DNA of 64,000 bases from contig JACQCT010000037.1 in NCBI GenBank assembly GCA_016201435.1, forward strand, positions 14,908 to 78,907, in the 5' to 3' direction. The notes below the pieces were generated by a model. It did no database searches, had not been told where the DNA came from, and saw only the letters and a list, made by a program, of their open reading frames with translations. The stretch's first letter is position 1. Every line of letters begins with the position of its first letter. Shown piece by piece: positions 8,865 to 16,607 of the stretch. The position numbers and the translations under genes are program-made. The DNA comes from Nitrososphaerota archaeon. GTDB taxonomy: Archaea > Thermoproteota > Nitrososphaeria > Nitrososphaerales > Nitrosopumilaceae.

Positions 8865-9506
8865 ATGAACTTTGTCAATAAATGGAATCAGCAGAAAGAT
8901 AGTATATCACAGAAAGTAATTGACAAAGTAAAACCAGATACGCCACTTAAACCAAAAATTGATGAGGCGCAAAAAAGACTTCAGCTTCAAATAGTAAAAC
9001 TTGATTCCATAACAAAAAAACTTCAAGAAAAAGATGAATTTATCTTCAAAAAAGTTGTAGAGGCAGTAAAGCTTCAAAATAAACCATATTCTCAAGCTTA
9101 TGCTACAGAATTACATGAAATTAGAAAAATGAATAACATGGTAACAAGTGCAAAGCTTGCCATGGAGCAAATTCAACTCAGATTAAACACAATTTCCGAA
9201 CTTGGCGATGTAGTAGTGACATTAAGTCCATGCATGTCAATAATAAAAGGATTAAGTGCTGGGCTTGGCGGTCTAATGCCAGAAGCTAATTCATCTATGC
9301 AGGATCTCTCAAATATACTAGGAGATATCATGGCAGGAGCATCAGTCAATGGAAATACCAGCATAGCAATAGACACTACAAATGTAGATACAACTACCAT
9401 ATTGGAAGAAGCTCATGCCGTATTAGAAGGCCAGACACGCCAGACGATTCCAGATGTACCTACAACGCTTCCTTCTACCACACGTACCGAAGAACCAACT
9501 ACTTAG
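8865..9506 (+). CDS. ESCRT-III/Snf7-family protein (CdvB-like paralogue)
   Basis: 213 aa. Long helical hairpin region (KPKIDEAQKRLQLQIVKLD...ELHEIRKMNNMVTSAKLAMEQIQLRLNT), then a flexible T/P-rich tail, matching thaumarchaeal CdvB-type proteins as I recall them. Confidence 0.6.
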   Translation: MNFVNKWNQQKDSISQKVIDKVKPDTPLKPKIDEAQKRLQLQIVKLDSITKKLQEKDEFIFKKVVEAVKLQNKPYSQAYATELHEIRKMNNMVTSAKLAMEQIQLRLNTISELGDVVVTLSPCMSIIKGLSAGLGGLMPEANSSMQDLSNILGDIMAGASVNGNTSIAIDTTNVDTTTILEEAHAVLEGQTRQTIPDVPTTLPSTTRTEEPTT

Positions 9507-9840
9507 ATTTTTTCTTACTTATTTCTTGAAGGATTTTTTTTATCCTAGAAATAGTTGGATAACTGTATCCTAATTTTCTATAGTTTGCAATCATCATCTT
9601 CCAATTTTTTAATCTCCATTGTGCTTGCTCTGAAGTTATTGAATGAATTTCGCGTTTGATTATGCTTTTTCTTCCTACTTTTAGAACGCCAGCATCTTTT
9701 GCAGTCCATCTATTTTTTGCAAAATGTAAGCCTGCAAGGATTTCTTCGATTGGTATTTCGTTAAAATATTCTTGTAGGTTTCTAATCTGTTGATCGGTTA
9801 GTTTTTTACTTGTCCTTAACGAAACTTCGAATTTCTCCAT
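9499..9840 (-). CDS. hypothetical protein
   Basis: 113-aa basic ORF convergent with the ESCRT-III gene (8-nt overlap). Confidence 0.45.
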   Translation of the reverse strand: MEKFEVSLRTSKKLTDQQIRNLQEYFNEIPIEEILAGLHFAKNRWTAKDAGVLKVGRKSIIKREIHSITSEQAQWRLKNWKMMIANYRKLGYSYPTISRIKKILQEISKKKSK

Positions 9841-10064
9841 ACTGATGACTGTTAAGCTGATATCTAAATGAATTATGGGTTCTTTAATAACTAAATTGAC
9901 CTTAAGCTAATCCAAAAATTACTCTTTTTTTAGTTTGATGTTACCAGCAATAATTACGATTTCATTATAAATTTTTAGACAGGCCTTATTTCCAATTATG
10001 AAAACGTGTCAGTCTAGAATGATACTTACTAGTACATAATATTACTAGAATCTTCACTATCGTA

Positions 10065-10385
10065 ATGCAAGTCTCAAGTGAGGAAAAAAATACATGTGAA
10101 ATAGGAAACAATGGATTTAAGAATACCATAAATTCGTATCATTATCAAAATGAGCAAACCAACACCGAAAAAATTTCTAAAATCAGCGAAGATGTATTAA
10201 ATAAAATAATAGATGTATTCTATAAAATTGAACAAATGAATGATGAAAAAATTAAACAAATGATAGAATCACATATTGGTAAAGCTGTAGTCGAGGATAA
10301 ATATGAGAAATTGGAACATGAAATGCATTATACCAATGTTACGCCAAGTATCCAGGCAAGTGTTTTCAAAAAGAGAGAAGCCTAG
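10065..10385 (+). CDS. hypothetical protein
   Basis: 106-aa ORF, no recognisable family. Confidence 0.4.
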   Translation: MQVSSEEKNTCEIGNNGFKNTINSYHYQNEQTNTEKISKISEDVLNKIIDVFYKIEQMNDEKIKQMIESHIGKAVVEDKYEKLEHEMHYTNVTPSIQASVFKKREA

Positions 10386-10444
10386 AAACATCTCATTTCA
10401 ATAAAATATCATTTTTTATTTTCGTTCAAAAAACTTAGAACATA

Positions 10445-10555
10445 TTAAGATTTGGTGCTTTCAACTTGACACAATTTACAGTCGCAATCAAACAAGCCCA
10501 TTTTCCCTAGACACTCGACATGTTTCTCGTCAGAGCATTTGTAGCAAAGAACCAT
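10445..10555 (-). CDS. cysteine-rich mini-ORF (36 aa)
   Basis: Hand-translated: MVLCYKCSDEKHVECLGKMGLFDCDCKLCQVESTKS; 7 Cys; below the ORF-track cut-off. Confidence 0.25.
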   Translation of the reverse strand: MVLCYKCSDEKHVECLGKMGLFDCDCKLCQVESTKS

Positions 10556-10646
10556 TCTAAACTTGAAAAGATCAAAGTCGCTATAAATTGGTATCACATT
10601 CCAGAAAATCAAAAGGCTTACAGGTAGTCAATATACATATTACAAG

Positions 10647-10829
10647 ATGGAACGTAAAATTCCTGCTCCTGACAAGAAAACATTGGAGCACATGGCTACC
10701 CTGGATTGGAATGATCTTATGATATTCATGCATAAAAAATACGGTAAGAAATTCACACAGGATTTTCTAAGAAATTACACTTACAGGCTACAAAAACTGA
10801 AATGGCGCAAAAATCAAAAATGGAAGTAA
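10647..10829 (+). CDS. hypothetical small basic protein
   Basis: 60-aa ORF; its 3' end overlaps the next ORF in another frame. Confidence 0.3.
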   Translation: MERKIPAPDKKTLEHMATLDWNDLMIFMHKKYGKKFTQDFLRNYTYRLQKLKWRKNQKWK

Positions 10830-11119
10830 AAGGACAGAAAATCTTCGCTATTTTGAAGTTAAAAATACACAAAACATTCTTGTTTGCAATGCAATTCAAT
10901 GCATACATAGAGGTTAAATCATACCATAACGGAATCAACTGTTGGAAGAAAATGGTATCAGGCTATCATAATTCTGAACTTTTGAATTTCTTTGGTATAA
11001 AAGAGTCAAGAAAGTATATTCGTATTTGTGTAAGATGCGGTTCTGATAATATTCACCAAGAACAAAACTGTATTGAATGTAGAGAATGTGGCAAAGTCCT
11101 TTCCACCAAACATAACTAA
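10802..11119 (+). CDS. zinc-ribbon small protein (true start possibly the ATG at 10952)
   Basis: C-terminal CVRCGSDNIHQEQNCIECRECGKV four-Cys ribbon. Confidence 0.35.
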   Translation: MAQKSKMEVKGQKIFAILKLKIHKTFLFAMQFNAYIEVKSYHNGINCWKKMVSGYHNSELLNFFGIKESRKYIRICVRCGSDNIHQEQNCIECRECGKVLSTKHN

Positions 11120-11254
11120 TCACACTATAGTAAAACGAGCTAGAATGAGTAAAATTTGGTATTTTGAAGGTATCTGATGGTAGAGATAGTGTATTTTTTT
11201 AAAACATACAAGAAATTATGAAGCATTAGTTCGATAATAATACGAAGTCATTTA

Positions 11255-11304
11255 GCCGATTGGGTCATCACGTAACCCACATCCCAGACCCCTGACCCAA
11301 CGGC
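11255..11304. other. GC-rich 12-bp stem hairpin in non-coding DNA (candidate structured RNA)
   Basis: GCCGATTGGGTCA pairs with TGACCCAACGGC (one bulged A) around a 25-nt C-rich loop. No ORF longer than about 10 codons on either strand here. Confidence 0.4.
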
Positions 11305-11396
11305 TTCCTTTTATCCGCTAATTTGGCATTATGAAAATCACAAACTAATGATCTATCGAATAATTATGGTCAAAAGCAGGGTGTTTAACAAGGAAG

Positions 11397-11591
11397 ATGG
11401 TTAGCGAAATAAGGGAAGAGACCTATTTGGACCAAAAAATGAATCAAATAGACGAAGAATTTGCTTCGTATGTTAGAATTAAAGAAGTTTTTCTTGATGA
11501 AGGCAGATTAGAAAAGGAGATTGTCACTGTCAAGAAAATGGATCCTATGATTCAGTGCTGGGATGAAGAAGAGAAAATGGCAGAGCCCTAG
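11397..11591 (+). CDS. hypothetical small acidic protein
   Basis: 64-aa ORF rich in E/D. Confidence 0.3.
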   Translation: MVSEIREETYLDQKMNQIDEEFASYVRIKEVFLDEGRLEKEIVTVKKMDPMIQCWDEEEKMAEP

Positions 11592-11864
11592 ATATCAAAT
11601 GGTTATTTTATGAATAAAAACCATGACAAATGATGGGGTTGAGCTTCTATTCGTACCATAAAAGATCAGATCAACTCTTACCAGGTAATGGGGGTGTTTT
11701 GACCATTGGCACGCATATGTACGCACAAATGTTAAACCCCCCGCTAAAAAGTGATTTTTTGAAAATATCACCCAATGCGTAATACGGAGTAAATCAAGAG
11801 GGGTTTAGCTTTTACATGTAACTTTAAATTTTCCTAATTTTTTGAGTTTTAATGTTCTCTATTT

Positions 11865-12113
11865 CTAATTTGTAACTGGAATTTTTTCCCTTGCTTGAAC
11901 TATTTCTATTTCTACAGTTTCTATGGGTTCATCTACTACATTTCGCCTAATGGAAAACATCTTTGGTTTATCGAAATCTTTAGTGCAGTCGGGACAAGCA
12001 TAAACCAGAACTCTATGTTCATTGGGAGCTTTTGGGTTAGAAAGACGTGGGTAATAGACTAATCTTCCCCCACAATCCACGCAATATCTATTTGCGCGTC
12101 TTGTTCTGGCCAA
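11865..12113 (-). CDS. zinc-ribbon protein (82 aa)
   Basis: CVDCGG...CPDC two CxxC pairs; basic N-terminus. Confidence 0.5.
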   Translation of the reverse strand: MARTRRANRYCVDCGGRLVYYPRLSNPKAPNEHRVLVYACPDCTKDFDKPKMFSIRRNVVDEPIETVEIEIVQAREKIPVTN

Positions 12114-12280
12114 TGCGGACCTCCTGCATATATCCAGATGTTATGATCGGTATAAGATCTAAGTAGTCTAATAGAATGAACACAAATGTGATCGCACAAC
12201 AATATTTCAAAACTCGGGTTTTGAAACATACAAAACAAACACGCATAATTTTTAAAAGCTTGAAGTACAGTTAACAAAAT

Positions 12281-12314
12281 ATAATGTTTCAAAATTCGAA
12301 TTTAGAAATATTAT
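12281..12314. repeat. 34-nt palindromic element, copy 2
   Basis: ATAATGTTTCAAAATTCGAATTTAGAAATATTAT. This is the reverse complement of copy 1 with a single mismatch. It lies 3 nt from the 3' end of tRNA-Asn. Confidence 0.85.
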
Positions 12315-12317
12315 AAG

Positions 12318-12391
12318 CGCCGCCCGTCAGACTTGAACTGACGACCAGCTGATTAACAGTCAGCTGCTCTACCACGCTGAGCTAGGGCGGC
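12318..12391 (-). tRNA. tRNA-Asn (anticodon GTT)
   Basis: Hand-folded cloverleaf: acceptor GCCGCCC/GGGCGGC, D arm GCTC..GAGC, anticodon arm GCTGA-CTGTTAA-TCAGC, T arm GTCAG-TTCAAGT-CTGAC; 74 nt, no intron. Confidence 0.9.
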
Positions 12392-12435
12392 AATAGATTT
12401 GTTCGTAGAATATGCGGATTTAATCCTTGCTAAGA

Positions 12436-12993
12436 TTATTTTTGGATCCCATCTAATTTTTCAAAGAGATAGATTCCGTCTAAGAAAACTCTATGATCTT
12501 TGTTTCTGACTTTGGTGTTTTGTTGTAGACTCCCAGCAGTTTGAGAAACATCTGTCAAAACAGGTCCAGTTATTATCACATCGTCTCCTTTAGAGACTAC
12601 CTTAGTATCACCAACTATTTTTGAAATGCGAGCAGCCCGTTCACCTTGGAAATTTTCTACAAGAACAGTATTGTCTTTTACTTTTACTGTGATTGGAAAG
12701 TGAGCATAAACGATTTTCATTTTGAATGTATATCCTTGCTGAACGCCCTTAATGAGAGTGTTAATTATTGATTCCGCAGTCTTGAATATGGCATAGTCTT
12801 TTTTTCTTGTTCCAAACGACTTTAACGTGATGTTTTTTCCGCTTACTTGCATATCTACTGGTATTTTTTTAAAGTTCTTTCTTGTTTTACCTAATGGTCC
12901 TTCAACATTTAGGATTCGATGTTTTTCTGTAACCTTAACAGTTTCAGGCACGGTGATTGTCAATTCGTGATTTTCCGTTTGTTTAGTAGACAT
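12436..12993 (-). CDS. rpl6: 50S ribosomal protein uL6
   Basis: Sequence pattern (VYAHFPI, KDHRVFLDGIY) and operon position. Confidence 0.95.
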   Translation of the reverse strand: MSTKQTENHELTITVPETVKVTEKHRILNVEGPLGKTRKNFKKIPVDMQVSGKNITLKSFGTRKKDYAIFKTAESIINTLIKGVQQGYTFKMKIVYAHFPITVKVKDNTVLVENFQGERAARISKIVGDTKVVSKGDDVIITGPVLTDVSQTAGSLQQNTKVRNKDHRVFLDGIYLFEKLDGIQK

Positions 12994-13375
12994 ATCCTAT
13001 CAAAAGTCCTCCCAATCCTTTTGTTGTTGCTTCATGATGAGACATTACTCCATGATTTGTAGTGACTAATAGCATACCTCGTGAATATGATGGAAGATAT
13101 TCTTGTTCCCACTTTGCATAATCATCTTTTTTCACCTTAAATCTTGGAGTGATTGCACCACATTTTGTTATTTTTGCCAAAAGTTGAATCTTGAATTTAC
13201 CGCCTTTTTTATCATCAATGTGCTCAAACTCCCCAATATAGCTATGATTTTGAAGTGTCTTTAGTATTTCCATAGCAAGTTTTGATGACGGCAATACAAT
13301 ACACTCGTTTTTGCGTCTAGCTTCAGTATTGAAAAGCGTAACAAATAGGTTTGAAATTATATTATTTGATGGCAT
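12983..13375 (-). CDS. rps8: 30S ribosomal protein uS8
   Basis: C-terminal GGLLIGYVY and operon position. Confidence 0.95.
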   Translation of the reverse strand: MPSNNIISNLFVTLFNTEARRKNECIVLPSSKLAMEILKTLQNHSYIGEFEHIDDKKGGKFKIQLLAKITKCGAITPRFKVKKDDYAKWEQEYLPSYSRGMLLVTTNHGVMSHHEATTKGLGGLLIGYVY

Positions 13376-13379
13376 ATTA

Positions 13380-13559
13380 TCACTTAAATTTTCTAAATCC
13401 TAAAGATACCGCAACTTCGCGGAAACAACGTCTGCACAAGTCTAGATCATATTTTTGAATTACTGCATTATAGTCCCCACAACGCTTACACCATCTTGAA
13501 CCTTTGCCAAATTTGTGTACTGTTCTTCCTGTTACTGCATAGTCTCGAATTTTTACCAT
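13380..13559 (-). CDS. rps14: 30S ribosomal protein uS14 (type Z, zinc-binding)
   Basis: Hand-translated 59 aa: [59 protein letters not shown]. CxxC...CxxC; lies between uL5 and uS8; below the ORF-track cut-off. Confidence 0.9.
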   Translation of the reverse strand: MVKIRDYAVTGRTVHKFGKGSRWCKRCGDYNAVIQKYDLDLCRRCFREVAVSLGFRKFK

Positions 13560-13560
13560 T

Positions 13561-14091
13561 TTATACTACCTCTATTCCAAATTCTTTGGTCAGAAATGCC
13601 TTTGCTTCTTCACTTGTAATTCTGTGATGACCTCCAACACTTGCTTTATGTTTGCTTCTAAATCTGATATTAAATCCAGGCCTTGTCAATGAAATTGATA
13701 CATCCAATCCCAAAATACCAACATTAGGATCATATTTTACTTTTGGAATATCGATGTGCTCTTTTATTCCAAATGAAAGATTCCCAAAATCATCAAAAGA
13801 TGAACCCTTTATCTGTTTACCTTTTGCATCAAATAATCTTTTAATTAGTTCAATAGCAGGTTCTCTTCTAAGAGTTACAGCTACACCTATGGGCTCACCT
13901 TTGTGTACACCCCAATCTCTTTGTGTTGCTTTTGCCATACGAGGACTTGGCTGTTGTCCGGCAATCTGTTCTAGGGCACGCTTTGCTTTCTCAATTGGTT
14001 CACCTGACTTACCTACACCCATGTTTAGTACTACTTTCGCAACTGTTATTTTCTTCATTTTGGATTCTAATTTTTGCGACATAATGTTCAC
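13561..14091 (-). CDS. rpl5: 50S ribosomal protein uL5
   Basis: KVVLNMGVG motif and operon position. Confidence 0.95.
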   Translation of the reverse strand: MNIMSQKLESKMKKITVAKVVLNMGVGKSGEPIEKAKRALEQIAGQQPSPRMAKATQRDWGVHKGEPIGVAVTLRREPAIELIKRLFDAKGKQIKGSSFDDFGNLSFGIKEHIDIPKVKYDPNVGILGLDVSISLTRPGFNIRFRSKHKASVGGHHRITSEEAKAFLTKEFGIEVV

Positions 14092-14804
14092 TCTATTTGT
14101 ATCACTGGCTTGTCTTTTCCTACCGCCATCACAAGCTCCGATGGAATGTCAATTTGTCTTTCACCAATATCTACTAACGCACGTCGTGGAAGTACAAATG
14201 TTCCTTCTTTTATTTCAATAACTTTACCAACATGACCTGCATTAATTCCGCTTGTTATGACAACTTGAGCACCTTTCTCTAATTTTATAATATCAAGAAT
14301 TTTAGTCTCAGGTATCTGCATAACACAGGTATCGCCGATATTTACTTTTGCGTCAGAGATAAGAGTACGGCCATCATGAAATCCAATTTGCGTTTTAGAA
14401 TTTTTTATTGTGGCTTTTTTTGTTACTTGAAGTAGTTTCTTGGTTTTTTCAGATGGATTTATCTTAATTGGTCGTAGTACAAAGGAATTCTTTGGTACCA
14501 GTCTATAAACATCCTGAATTCCTTCAAGCTCTACTACATCCATAAGACCAATTCCATGGTGTAGTGATCGTCGTATAATACCGTCCACCTTTACTTTTCC
14601 TCCGTAAATTACTGATTTTACTTCTCTTAGTGTATTTACAAGTTTTAAAGTATCACGTATAAAGACAGCACTCGGTATTGCGAGATGTTTTGAATGACTA
14701 CCGGGCTTTACAGTTACTACAAATCTAGAATCCTTTCTAGTAATGCCCCAGAAAATTGGAGCCATTTGGCGTTTTAATTTCTTGCTTCCTGCTATGCTTA
14801 CCAT
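14088..14804 (-). CDS. rps4e: 30S ribosomal protein eS4
   Basis: KKLKRQMAPIFWGITRK N-terminus; archaeal/eukaryotic-specific protein in its canonical position. Confidence 0.95.
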   Translation of the reverse strand: MVSIAGSKKLKRQMAPIFWGITRKDSRFVVTVKPGSHSKHLAIPSAVFIRDTLKLVNTLREVKSVIYGGKVKVDGIIRRSLHHGIGLMDVVELEGIQDVYRLVPKNSFVLRPIKINPSEKTKKLLQVTKKATIKNSKTQIGFHDGRTLISDAKVNIGDTCVMQIPETKILDIIKLEKGAQVVITSGINAGHVGKVIEIKEGTFVLPRRALVDIGERQIDIPSELVMAVGKDKPVIQIE

Positions 14805-15382
14805 TACCTAGTCTCCTTTTTTACTGATTTAGCTGTTTTTGTTTGTTTTCCTTTTTTTTCTGGTAGTTTTTCTGATTTAGTAATTTTCACTTTAGATTTC
14901 GTTGTTTTTGGTGTTTCTTTGATTTGTTTTGATTTTTCTTTAGTTCCAGTGGATTTTGCTTTAGTTTCAAGAGTATCTTTTGGTTTTGAAATTTCTTTTT
15001 GAGATTCCACAGATTTTTCTTTTGCAGTCTTTGTTTTTTGTCCTTCAAGTCTGTTTTGTCTCCATTTGTCTTCCAGATTTAAGTTGGTAATCATTAGATT
15101 TGATGTATGAATGTAAAGATCAACATTACCACCTTTGAGTTTTTCACGTTTTATTCCCTCAATTGCTACGCCATTTTTTTCCGAAGACACTTGAGTTACC
15201 TTGCCTTCTATTCCTTTGAATTCACCGCGCATTACTTTTACATTATCGCCTTCAACTACACGTACACTGTGTTTATGATATTTTTCTTGTAATTCTTTTG
15301 AAAGCATCGATCCCAGTTGTTTACTTTTAAAATGGTGAGGTGCTTGGTAAATCATTCTGTTTCGGATTATTGTTGGCTTCAT
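14804..15382 (-). CDS. rpl24: 50S ribosomal protein uL24 with long Lys-rich C-terminal extension
   Basis: KOW motif VVEGDNVKVMRGEFKGIEGKV. Start taken at MKPTIIRNR (15382), directly after the uL14 stop; the track ORF extends to 15403. Confidence 0.9.
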   Translation of the reverse strand: MKPTIIRNRMIYQAPHHFKSKQLGSMLSKELQEKYHKHSVRVVEGDNVKVMRGEFKGIEGKVTQVSSEKNGVAIEGIKREKLKGGNVDLYIHTSNLMITNLNLEDKWRQNRLEGQKTKTAKEKSVESQKEISKPKDTLETKAKSTGTKEKSKQIKETPKTTKSKVKITKSEKLPEKKGKQTKTAKSVKKETR

Positions 15383-15383
15383 T

Positions 15384-15821
15384 TTATACCACCATAGATG
15401 CAAGGTTTGCTATTCTTGGCCACTTTTCTGATGCTTCTGCTGCAACAGGGCCTTTGATCTCAGTTCCCTTGATCTCACCTTCAGGTGTAACCAATACACC
15501 CGCATTATCCTCAAAACAAAGTCTTACTCCATTGAGTCTTTTTATTGGATATTTTTGTCTTATTACAACAGCACCAAAAATTTGACCCCGTAATTCTCCT
15601 GGTCCTTTTTTTACAACTACGTTTACAAAATCACCTACAGCCGCAGAAGGATATCTTGAAACTCTAGTTTTTGTTTTTTGAACCATTATAATTTCTAAAA
15701 CTTTTGCACCTGTATTATCTGCACAAATAATTTGAGCTCCTAGTGGGAGTGCTCTAGTAATATATGGTCTGAATTCTTGAACACCTTTTGCAGATACTGC
15801 ACGACTTTTGGTTGCACCCAT
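15384..15821 (-). CDS. rpl14: 50S ribosomal protein uL14
   Basis: ADNTGAK motif and operon position. Confidence 0.95.
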   Translation of the reverse strand: MGATKSRAVSAKGVQEFRPYITRALPLGAQIICADNTGAKVLEIIMVQKTKTRVSRYPSAAVGDFVNVVVKKGPGELRGQIFGAVVIRQKYPIKRLNGVRLCFEDNAGVLVTPEGEIKGTEIKGPVAAEASEKWPRIANLASMVV

Positions 15822-16144
15822 TATGACTTGACCTCCACGACTACAAATGAAACACTCTTTGAGATAGGCTTACACTCTGCGGTTAGAACAATATCTCCTT
15901 CTTTTACATCAATACAAGATGGTTTGTATGCATGAGTTTTGCTTTGACTTCTTGCATATCTTTTGTATTTTGTAATAAACTTTGGGGTTTCTTGTTGAAC
16001 AACAACCATCTTTGGCGCCTTTGCACTTACTACTTTACCTTGAATTAATTTTCCACGCACACTAAGCGTACCATGAAACGGACAAAGATGGTCAGTACAT
16101 TCTGTTGTAGGCGCAGTTACAGGAATACCAATATTACGAGTCAT
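15821..16144 (-). CDS. rps17: 30S ribosomal protein uS17
   Basis: CPFHGTLSVRGK archaeal uS17 motif and operon position. Confidence 0.95.
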   Translation of the reverse strand: MTRNIGIPVTAPTTECTDHLCPFHGTLSVRGKLIQGKVVSAKAPKMVVVQQETPKFITKYKRYARSQSKTHAYKPSCIDVKEGDIVLTAECKPISKSVSFVVVEVKS

Positions 16145-16407
16145 GTTTTTCCTCCCAATCTTTCTTGAGGTCTTTTTGTTAGCAAGTTCCCATTCACTAT
16201 AGATTCGTTTTTATCAAAAGAAAACTTCCATTCGGCAATTTCTTTTGGTATTTTTTTAATGCCATTTATTGTATTTAGAAATAACATTGATCTTGTTTCA
16301 TCTACAATCTTTCCTGAAATACCAGTGATTTGTTCATTATTACTTTTCACTACTATAGCTTCCAATCCTATTAGTTCATGCATAAGTAGATTTTCTTGAG
16401 TGATCAT
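16141..16407 (-). CDS. rnp1: RNase P protein component 1 (Rpp29/Pop4)
   Basis: LIGLEAIVVKS...GKIVDETRSMLFL pattern and the canonical archaeal position between uL29 and uS17. Confidence 0.85.
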   Translation of the reverse strand: MITQENLLMHELIGLEAIVVKSNNEQITGISGKIVDETRSMLFLNTINGIKKIPKEIAEWKFSFDKNESIVNGNLLTKRPQERLGGKT

Positions 16408-16607
16408 TGTTTTTTCATCTCATTTAGTCTTGTTAACATTCTAGCAATATCTCTTCGCAATGGTTTCAGTTTACCACTTTCTTTTTTAAGGGTGCCTTTT
16501 GATGATTCTATACGTAATTTTGTAAGTTCTGAACGAAGTTGTTCTAGTCTATCTTTTAGATCAGTTTCATTAAATTGACGTATTGTTTTCATTTTCATCC
16601 GTGTCAT
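16404..16607 (-). CDS. rpl29: 50S ribosomal protein uL29
   Basis: 67 aa helical, LRSELTKLR motif, operon position. Confidence 0.9.
   Translation of the reverse strand: MTRMKMKTIRQFNETDLKDRLEQLRSELTKLRIESSKGTLKKESGKLKPLRRDIARMLTRLNEMKKQ

Noticed and set aside
11166-11640. C/D-box sRNA candidates (TGATGG-like C boxes at about 11176 and 11631)
   Set aside because: I found no properly spaced CTGA D/D' boxes or terminal stem.
11635-11814. 15-nt imperfect direct repeat GGGGTTGAGCTTCTA / GGGGTTTAGCTTTTA as possible att sites
   Set aside because: The repeats are short, have two mismatches, enclose only ~165 nt and have no similarity to the adjacent tRNA-Asn. They could easily be chance. A 49-codon frame (11633..11782) spans the region but has no protein-like features.
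12059-12292. 77-aa minus-strand ORF
   Set aside because: It overlaps the zinc-ribbon ORF 11865..12113 in another frame and runs into palindrome copy 2. It has no protein-like features.
13652-14221. 189-aa plus-strand ORF
   Set aside because: It is entirely antisense to the well-supported uL5 and eS4 genes. Its composition is low-complexity and it has no recognisable motif, so it is a shadow ORF.
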